Below are positions 7,823 through 14,383 of a DNA stretch of 19,041 nt, piece after piece (the stretch's first letter is position 1; every line of letters starts with the position of its first letter). Both the position numbers and the translations under genes were made by a program. The DNA lies in contig JBIKWF010000088.1 in assembly GCA_044356455.1 (NCBI GenBank), positions 1 through 19,041 of the forward strand, read 5' to 3'. This stretch comes from Bdellovibrionota bacterium. Lineage in GTDB: Bacteria; Bdellovibrionota_C; UBA2361; JBGSMV01. A model generated the notes under the pieces. It worked only from the letters and a program-made list of their open reading frames with translations, made no database searches and was not told the DNA's origin.

Positions 7823-8410
7823 CTATGAGGCATGGGCAATCAACGCCTCAATTTTCTTTTGAGTGCCAACCTTACCGAAAGACCGCGAAGCTTTTTGAAG
7901 CTTCAAGACAGGTAGCTCGTGTAATCTTCTACGGAGCCGGTCTTCTAAATCATCGGGCGGTTCAAGCAGGTCATTCCAGTTATTTAGAAGGTCAACGAAA
8001 AGAAATTCCTTCGTGAGCTTTGCAGGATAATTGTGCGGACGCTGAAACTGATATTTGAGCCCATCTAAAACAAATTCTCCAACACGCTTTCTGTTATAAA
8101 CAACTTGAACATTGCTCAATTGAGTCATGCCCAAACCTAAGGGATTGTAGATATCAAGCGACGTCAGTAAGAAGTCGTCAGTCTTCAGAAAAGCTCGAAC
8201 AATGTCTCTTTGATCTGCTGGAACTTCCCCCCAACGAGATTGCCTCGGACGATAGTAGAGACCTGCCGCTGGCTGACGTAGAAGCCTCTTCGTTACCAGC
8301 GCTTTCAAGTCGCGATCGACTGCCTTTGAAAACTGCGCGAGCTCGGCACGGCGGTACACTCGGCCGGGTTTCATTGCCTTGAAAAGCATATCTGCGTTTG
8401 GCGTTCTCAC
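7823..8410 (-). CDS. AbiEi-like antitoxin / transcriptional regulator
   Basis: 195 aa; N-terminal wHTH-like PGRVYRRAEL...AVDRDLKALV...GLYYRP and YNPLGLGMTQL motif; directly upstream of the AbiEii-type toxin. Confidence 0.78.
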   Translation of the reverse strand: MRTPNADMLFKAMKPGRVYRRAELAQFSKAVDRDLKALVTKRLLRQPAAGLYYRPRQSRWGEVPADQRDIVRAFLKTDDFLLTSLDIYNPLGLGMTQLSNVQVVYNRKRVGEFVLDGLKYQFQRPHNYPAKLTKEFLFVDLLNNWNDLLEPPDDLEDRLRRRLHELPVLKLQKASRSFGKVGTQKKIEALIAHAS

Positions 8411-8417
8411 AGTTAGA

Positions 8418-8446
8418 ATTCTACCAAGGTGTCTTCTTTAGTGCAA
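8418..8446 (-). promoter_or_regulatory. sigma70-type promoter of the AbiE operon (probably leaderless mRNA)
   Basis: Minus strand TTGCAC-17 nt-TAGAAT with a TGn extension; the GTG start follows the -10 box after 7 nt. Confidence 0.65.
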
Positions 8447-8547
8447 GAAATTTAAATAAATATTCATGCAATGAATGCGATAACTAGCTGAAACGATAAT
8501 GTTTATGTGTGGGAGTGTTAGCTAATATGTCGTTGATTTGTGCTGCT

Positions 8548-8637
8548 AGTTACATAGCAGTTACATAAGAATGTCGAATCGTTATAGATAGCTACCCCGA
8601 TCTAAGCCTCGTTTCGGGAATGCCAGTTACATAAGAA
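8548..8637. repeat. three direct copies of AGTTACATA, two extended to CAGTTACATAAGAA
   Basis: Copies at 8548-8556, 8558-8571 and 8624-8637. Confidence 0.65.
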
Positions 8638-8970
8638 AAGTTCACCGGAGTTTTCATCTTCAATTTCAACGGAATTGACGCGAGTGGTGACAGAAAGAAA
8701 ATGGCTGCGTAGCGCAGCAAAGAGGGAGGAGGAGGGCCGCGTCGAAGGGTCGTTTGCGAATGTGCCCACGAACCCATTTGATATGGCGGAGTTAAAAACC
8801 GCCTTCGCTCGCTCTCGCGTGCTTCGGCGAGTCGAGCCCGGCTACGGAGAAATTGCGGCAATGCTCGTGCGCGCAGGGATGAATTTGTAGGGAATAATTT
8901 GATTGATGGGCGGGGTAATTTGGGACGGACGCGTCTCCGCGCGAGGAGAGCAGAGGTGTTATACTTCACC

Positions 8971-9106
8971 TAGGGAGCCTCTGAAGAATGTCTTCCTTCT
9001 TAGTTTCTGTGGTGCTGGTGGGTTAGGAGGGCAGCCACTAAGACTACAGAGAGCATAAGGGGTGAAGAAAGTTTACCAATCTTCCGGGTTCTTCAGAGGC
9101 TGCCTA
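8971..9106. mobile_element. 136-bp MITE-like element, TIR TAGG(G/C)AGCCTCTGAAGAA
   Basis: 8971-8988 and the reverse complement of 9089-9106 are 17/18 identical, with TA at both outer ends and internal degenerate CTGTGGT/CTACAGAG arms. Confidence 0.72.
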
Positions 9107-9483
9107 TTGAGCCTTTCAAGAACCTCCATTTTTTCGGGGCAAAGGAGAGTTGCTCTCACAGTGCTCGCGCGTCGTGTTAATCGGTGAAGGCTCTGGTGGC
9201 GGGTAGGGGTGCTATTTGCACTGCGGCTATATACCTTCTTGCTTGCTCCTGGTCTTGATAGTGCCTGCCGCTGCTTCTCTGGCGGGGTTTGAAATGCCGA
9301 GGTTCTCAGAGCGTGCCAAGGGGAAAAGTTGTGCTGATAATTGCGACGTGAGGTTAAACTGAATACGCAGATGCCCTTATATGCAGGGATGAACTTTATT
9401 GTTGGGCGGGAGGGGCGGGACGTACCCGTCTCCGCTCTTACAGGAATAGGGCGATTTGAGCACCATGCCACGCGGAGCCGCGG

Positions 9484-9508
9484 TAACTTTTCGCGGAGCG
9501 AAAAGTTA
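9484..9508. other. perfect 11-bp hairpin at the distal end of the tRNA trailer array
   Basis: TAACTTTTCGC-GGA-GCGAAAAGTTA. It has no U-tract on the minus strand, so it is not a classic terminator. Confidence 0.5.
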
Positions 9509-9688
9509 GGCCCGACCCGGATTTACTGAGTTGTCCCTTCGGGGATCAAATCCGGGTCGAAGAGGCCCGGAGCGGCGAGCGCGAAAAATAGGCCCGACCC
9601 GGATTTACTGAGTTGTCCCTTCGGGGATCAAATCCGGGTCGAAGAGGCCCGGAGCGGCGAGCGCGAAAAATAGGCCCGACCCGGATTT
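9507..9688. repeat. two identical 82-bp tandem units at the tRNA-Cys 3' end, each containing the last 17 nt of the tRNA
   Basis: TAGGCCCGACCCGGATTT recurs at 9507, 9589 and 9671; units 9507-9588 and 9589-9670 are identical. Confidence 0.93.
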
Positions 9689-9743
9689 GAACCGGGGAAT
9701 GACGGTTTTGCAAACCGTTGCCTTACCACTTGGCTATCGGGCC
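9672..9743 (-). tRNA. tRNA-Cys (GCA), CCA not encoded
   Basis: GGCCCGA/TCGGGCC acceptor stem, GCC-AAGTGGTAA-GGC D arm, ACGGT-TTGCAAA-ACCGT anticodon arm, GTTCAAAT T loop and U discriminator typical of tRNA-Cys. Confidence 0.97.
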
Positions 9744-9937
9744 ACTTAAGGTTGAACTGCTAAAAAACCTGCTTCCCGATAGCCAAGTCTCCGTGCAAAG
9801 CACGGAGCCCCCAGAGGGATAACGCTGCGCTATCGGGCCACTTAAGGTTGAACTGCTAAAAAACCTGCTTCCCGATAGCCAAGTCTCCGTGCAAAGCACG
9901 GAGCCCCCAGAGGGATAACGCTGCGCTATCGGGCCAC
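9733..9937. repeat. two identical 96-bp tandem units at the tRNA-Cys 5' end, each containing the first 11 nt of the tRNA
   Basis: GCTATCGGGCCAC recurs at 9733, 9829 and 9925; units 9733-9828 and 9829-9924 are identical. Confidence 0.93.
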
Positions 9938-9948
9938 AAAGAGCCACC

Positions 9949-9977
9949 TTTATACTCATAACGCCCCATGCTGTCAT
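9949..9977 (-). promoter_or_regulatory. sigma70-type promoter for tRNA-Cys
   Basis: Minus strand ATGACA-17 nt-TATAAA followed by the GC-rich discriminator GGTGGC, as in stable-RNA promoters. Confidence 0.6.
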
Positions 9978-10275
9978 CCTTATGCTCTTCTGAAAAATAC
10001 ACCTCCGCGCGCTTCCACGCTCCCTGAGCTGCAGAATCGTCAATTGCTTCTTCAGACGTGGATGCTGAGATGATGAATGGGGCAGTGGGGGGTGTTTCTT
10101 AGTTATTAACAGGGGTGGCCTGTGATCGGCCTGGTTCAGAGGCCTCGGTCGGCGACGTAAGTGCCTGAAATGCCTCGCCAAACTAAAATCATTAAAAAGA
10201 GCCTCAATTCCTAACAGTTTCTGGCCGAGCGCCGATTTCTATTAGCACAGGCATGACACCATCCTTTCTGCGAGT

Positions 10276-10317
10276 AGGGGGGCGATTCAAATAAGTTTGA
10301 ATCTCCCCTCTTTTTTT
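10276..10317 (+). terminator. intrinsic terminator-like hairpin
   Basis: GGGG-C-GATTCAAA/TAAG/TTTGAATC-T-CCCC followed by a T7 tract. Confidence 0.5.
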
Positions 10318-10447
10318 ATCTCCGAGGGAGGCCTTAAAAAGGACCTCAAAGGTGCTCGGCTAACCCTTGTCTTTTTTCTGCAGCTCATTCAGTCTGCGTA
10401 GTGGCTCGTGCCAATTTTCTTAAACTGCAATTTTCTTTTTCAGTCTT

Positions 10448-10780
10448 ATGGCTTACGTCGTCACGCGCGCTTGTCTCGGAACTCTCGACCGCTCTTGCGT
10501 TGAGGTTTGTCCTGTTGATTGCTTCTATTGGATTAAGAAGAAGAAATACAACGACAAATTTGGCATTGGTGCAGCGCGCGGCACGGACGAGGGCATGATG
10601 ATGATTCACCCTGACGAGTGCATTAACTGCGGCGCTTGTGAGACGGAATGCCCCGTTGAGGCGATTTACGAGGATTCAGGCGTTCCTGATAATCTCAAAG
10701 AGTTTGTTAAGATTAATGAGGAAGAAACTTCTTCATTGTCTGACGAAGAGCTAGATAGTGCTCGTTGTACCTCAAAGTAA
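10448..10780 (+). CDS. 7Fe ([3Fe-4S]+[4Fe-4S]) ferredoxin, FdxA-like
   Basis: MAYVVT-x2-C-x7-CVEVCPVDCFY and IHPDECINCGACETECPVEAIY. Confidence 0.92.
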   Translation: MAYVVTRACLGTLDRSCVEVCPVDCFYWIKKKKYNDKFGIGAARGTDEGMMMIHPDECINCGACETECPVEAIYEDSGVPDNLKEFVKINEEETSSLSDEELDSARCTSK

Positions 10781-10931
10781 TCTCGTTGCATTTCAAATAA
10801 GTCCTCAGGGAGCACAGTAAGTCCTCAGGAAGCACAGGCTGTTTGTGGTGCTTTTGGACGCGCACTTTCGACAAGCTTTCTTCTCTTGTGAAGGGTTCTC
10901 CTCGCAGTGAATCTGGTGTATCCCAGTTCGA

Positions 10932-12485
10932 GTGGAGCTCATTAATAAAATCCTCTCTCGGGTATGTTTAGCCCCAATGCGACGCGGCTTCTCGGTCAGG
11001 CGATTTGTTGCGGGTAGTCTAACAGTAACCCTCTGCGTCTCATTTTTTGCCATCGCTACTTTTTCCGTTACTTTTGCTGATACCCCTGCGGAGGCAGAAC
11101 GCTCAAAGTTTTCTGAGCTTTTGGAATCAAGGGATAGTCTAAGGGAGAGACTAGAGCAGGAGCTAAGAGGGCGAGCTGAAGAATCTTTGGCGCTATATGT
11201 GGCCGATATTTCCCCCGTGCCCGCTTCGGCTACCAATGAAGGAAATGTCTCGAGCGAAGTTTTTGCATTTAATGCCGATCGCTTACTAAAGCCGGCGAGT
11301 GTTTTAAAAGTCTTAACCTCTCTCGCGGCGCTTGAGCTGCTTGGGCCTCATTACCGATTTGCTACACGGGTTTTTGCCGATAGTAGAGAACGAGGCGCGG
11401 TTACTACGCTCTACGTTCAGGGGAATGGGGACCCGGGACTTACCGTTGAAAGCGCTTGGGCTATGGCGCGGGCAATTAAGCGCCGAGGAGTGCAGTCAGT
11501 TCAATCCATAGTGGTAGATGCGTCTCTGTTTGAAGGCGAAAGGGGACCGATAGGGCAGCGTGCTTATCAGACGGGATCCTCAGCACTCGCTTTTAACTAT
11601 AACGCTTTTAGCTTTGAAGTTTGCCCAGGGGACCCCGGAGGAAAGGCTTCGGTTGTCCCAGATCCGTTTGAACTTAAAATCCCGCTTGTGGGGTCAATTC
11701 TCACCAAGAAGGGCGGGGGCTCAGGATTCTCCGTTGAGCAAGCGCTTCCTAGTGCTCCTCCTTCGGGAATACTTTCGTATCGCCTCAAGGGCGCAATAGG
11801 GGAGCGCGAAAAATGCTCTACCGTGTACCGAAGCATGCCAAATCCCGCCATGGTTTTCGGCGCGACCTATGCTGAAATGTTGCGTTCCATAGGGGTAAAG
11901 GTTGTTCAGGGAGCAAAAGAAGGCTCAACCCCGCCAAAACTTGATTTGCTGTATTCCCAGGACTCGGCTCCCCTCTCGCAGCTCTTGAGGGATCTAAACA
12001 ACTTTAGCAATAATTTTATTGCTGAGCAGATATTGTTTTCCCTTGGGCAGACTGAGCTTGGGACGTATAGTCGAGCCCGTGGACTTGAGCGCATGCGGGC
12101 CTTTCTGAGGAGCCTTGGTTTTTCCAGCAGTGAGTTTGAAATTCAAGATGCCTCGGGCCTTAGTCATGCTAATCGCGTTTCGGCGAGAATGATTGGCGCT
12201 GTGCTGAAGAGAGCGGCGCAAAATCAGGAAATTGCGCCAGAGTTTGAGAGTTCGCTTGCCGTTGGTGAGCGAAGCGGGACGCTTAAGAAGCGCCCCTTTG
12301 ATCCACGTGGAGTAATTCTACGGGGAAAGACGGGAACGCTTGATGGGGTAAGCTCCCTTGCAGGGTATGTGGTTGGTGCAAGCGGACGAAAATTCGCTTT
12401 TGTAGTTTTTCAGAATGCAGCTTCTTCAACTGGTCGTGCTCATGCATTTGAGGATAAAATTGTATCCATCTTATCAAGAAGTTAG
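10932..12485 (+). CDS. dacB: D-alanyl-D-alanine carboxypeptidase/endopeptidase (PBP4, peptidase S13); start uncertain (10932 GTG or 10977 ATG)
   Basis: SxxK (PASVLK), GNGDP, SxN (SNN), DASGLS and KTG (KTGTL) motifs; N-terminal hydrophobic segment. Confidence 0.93.
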   Translation: MELINKILSRVCLAPMRRGFSVRRFVAGSLTVTLCVSFFAIATFSVTFADTPAEAERSKFSELLESRDSLRERLEQELRGRAEESLALYVADISPVPASATNEGNVSSEVFAFNADRLLKPASVLKVLTSLAALELLGPHYRFATRVFADSRERGAVTTLYVQGNGDPGLTVESAWAMARAIKRRGVQSVQSIVVDASLFEGERGPIGQRAYQTGSSALAFNYNAFSFEVCPGDPGGKASVVPDPFELKIPLVGSILTKKGGGSGFSVEQALPSAPPSGILSYRLKGAIGEREKCSTVYRSMPNPAMVFGATYAEMLRSIGVKVVQGAKEGSTPPKLDLLYSQDSAPLSQLLRDLNNFSNNFIAEQILFSLGQTELGTYSRARGLERMRAFLRSLGFSSSEFEIQDASGLSHANRVSARMIGAVLKRAAQNQEIAPEFESSLAVGERSGTLKKRPFDPRGVILRGKTGTLDGVSSLAGYVVGASGRKFAFVVFQNAASSTGRAHAFEDKIVSILSRS

Positions 12486-14127
12486 TGGGGAACTCCGCAA
12501 GCTAGGCCGAAGGTGGATCGTGCCTTTCGCTGCCATGCTCATGTTTGTCGCTGCGGCCCTTTCTTTCGCGCCGCATGCTGCGGAGGCTGCTCCGCGTAAA
12601 TTCAAACGAAATCCTGAGTTTATCACCCCTGCGGGACTGAGGGGGCGCGTCGATTTTTGGAAGGATGTATTCGCCAAGTACGAACGTAATCAAGTCAGCG
12701 TTCACCACCGCGCCTTTCCTCAAATAGTATTCGAAGTAGTAGACCTTCGTACTGAAGCTGCGGAAATGGAGCCAGCGGCCTTTGAGCGTTATCGCAAAAA
12801 CCTGTTAGAGGGCCGAGTGAAGCGCATCACCGAAGCGATGAAGCCGCTTTCCGAGGGAAAGGAGCCCTCGAATGAACTCGAGCAGCTTGTCGCCGATAAG
12901 ATGAGCTACATCAAAGACATTCCAAATCGTTATACCTGGACTCTTAAGGAAGATCTCGTCCGCACTCAATCGGGAATTAGAGAGAAGTGGCTTGCCGCGA
13001 TAGAGAGGTCAGGCCGCTACCTTGGAATCATGGAGCGGATTTTTGTAGATGAATACAGCCTGCCTATAGAAATCACGCGCTTGCCGTTCGTGGAATCTTC
13101 TTTCGACTATACCGCGTACAGCTCGGTAGGAGCGGCCGGTATTTGGCAATTCATGCCTCGAACGGGGAAACAGTTTCGCTTGACGGTGAACTCGATTGTT
13201 GACGAGAGGCGAGATCCAATAAAAGCCACCGATGCCGCTGCACGCTATCTTTCCTCAGCCTATCGTAGTTTGGGGAGCTGGCCACTCGCGATCATTTCCT
13301 ACAACCATGGGGTAGGGGGGGTGATGCGAAAAGTCCGAGAAGCGGGGACCTCTGACATCGCAACCTTGCTTGAAAATCCTACTACCAAAGGGTTTGGTTT
13401 TGCCTCGAATAACTTTTTCCCTTCGTTTCTTGCGGCAGTTGAATGTTACGACGAGCGTAAGACTCTTTTTCCTGAAATGACGGTGGCAGCGCCGCTAAAG
13501 TTAACTGAGTACAGGCTTCCAAGAGCAATGTCTGTGGCTCACGTAACTCGGCAGCTAGGTATGTCCGAAGAGAATTTAAAACAGGCTAACTATGCCCTTC
13601 TTGAGAAGGTATGGAGTGGAAGAGCGCTCATCCCGAGTGGCTATGTTTTAAGAGTTCCTGAGGAGTACGGGGTGCGCTTGGCGAGTTTGAGGGCTCCCGA
13701 AGTTGGGGTATCTCCCGTAGCCGCAGCCTCAAGTTCTGTGTATGGCGGCGCTTCTTACCGAGTGAGAAAGGGCGACACCCTTGGGAAGATAGCCAAACAT
13801 TATGGGGTTTCCACCGCTAAGTTGCTGGAGCTCAATGGCCTTAAGTCCGAAGTGTTGAAGGTTGGGCAGGTTCTTGTGGTAAAGGCGCCTCAAGCAGCCA
13901 AGGGGCGCGAAGCTTCAGGGTCTAAGGAGCCTGCTAAAAAAGCGCCGCCACCGGCAAGCGAAAAGAAAAGTAAGGGCCCGGCCACGAACAGTTATCGCGT
14001 CCGGCCAGGGGACTCTCTTTCTAGTATAGGTAAACGCTTTGGGACAACTCCCGAGGCACTCAAGAAACTGAACGGCATGAAGGGCTCGAATCTTAAAGCA
14101 GGTCAGACGCTCGCGATACCCCAGTGA
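12460..14127 (+). CDS. lytic transglycosylase (SLT domain) with C-terminal LysM domains, MltD-like
   Basis: VESSF catalytic Glu, GAAGIWQFMP, DERRDP and SYNHG motifs; two clear LysM repeats (YRVRKGDTL, YRVRPGDSL); signal peptide ending AEA. TTG at 12460 is chosen because GAGGA lies 5 nt upstream; the ORF is open from 12415. Confidence 0.9.
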   Translation: MYPSYQEVSGELRKLGRRWIVPFAAMLMFVAAALSFAPHAAEAAPRKFKRNPEFITPAGLRGRVDFWKDVFAKYERNQVSVHHRAFPQIVFEVVDLRTEAAEMEPAAFERYRKNLLEGRVKRITEAMKPLSEGKEPSNELEQLVADKMSYIKDIPNRYTWTLKEDLVRTQSGIREKWLAAIERSGRYLGIMERIFVDEYSLPIEITRLPFVESSFDYTAYSSVGAAGIWQFMPRTGKQFRLTVNSIVDERRDPIKATDAAARYLSSAYRSLGSWPLAIISYNHGVGGVMRKVREAGTSDIATLLENPTTKGFGFASNNFFPSFLAAVECYDERKTLFPEMTVAAPLKLTEYRLPRAMSVAHVTRQLGMSEENLKQANYALLEKVWSGRALIPSGYVLRVPEEYGVRLASLRAPEVGVSPVAAASSSVYGGASYRVRKGDTLGKIAKHYGVSTAKLLELNGLKSEVLKVGQVLVVKAPQAAKGREASGSKEPAKKAPPPASEKKSKGPATNSYRVRPGDSLSSIGKRFGTTPEALKKLNGMKGSNLKAGQTLAIPQ

Positions 14128-14131
14128 GACC

Positions 14132-14248
14132 TAAGGAGCTTCTGAAAAACCTCGAGATTTTATTTTTTCTCTCTGTGATCTCTGTGTCCTCTGTGGTTTT
14201 TCAACAATTTAAATCAACCACAGAGGGCACAGAGCAGACGATTCCCTA
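14132..14248. mobile_element. MITE/REP-like element with 9-bp-period CTCTGTG / CACAGAG inverted arms
   Basis: Left end TAAGGAGCTTCTGAAAAAC; CTCTGTGAT-CTCTGTGTC-CTCTGTGGTT ... AACCACAGAG-GGCACAGAG; degenerate right end CAGACGATTCCCTA. Confidence 0.6.
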
Positions 14249-14285
14249 AGAGATCAAGCGTCGCCTCCTTTGGAGTAGGGATCAC

Positions 14286-14343
14286 GATAAAAAGTGAAAC
14301 GGGCGCCCCTCCCGTCAGCAGACCGGAGGAGGCGCCCGTTTCA
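14286..14343 (-). terminator. intrinsic terminator downstream of the helicase-like gene
   Basis: TGAAACGGGCGCC...GGCGCCCGTTTCA stem followed by CTTTTTAT on the minus strand; a second hairpin (TGCATTCTC/GAGAATGCA) lies at 14344-14366. Confidence 0.6.
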
Positions 14344-14383
14344 TGCATTCTCTGATTGAGAATGCACGTTGTTTAAATCCCGC

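Noticed and set aside
8592..8969. 71-aa (+) and 125-aa (-) ORFs
   Set aside because: No family recognised and weak starts. The + ORF could be a gene remnant but cannot be supported.
9073..9529. 132-aa (-) and 62-aa (+) ORFs
   Set aside because: No recognisable motifs, and they run into the MITE end or tRNA repeat; probably spurious.
9507..9937. CRISPR array
   Set aside because: The 'spacers' within each array are identical, the repeats are tRNA ends, and no cas genes are present.
9723..10181. 152-aa minus-strand ORF with an internal repeat
   Set aside because: The repeat is only the 96-bp (multiple of 3) DNA unit; the ORF overlaps the tRNA and its promoter and has no protein-like features.
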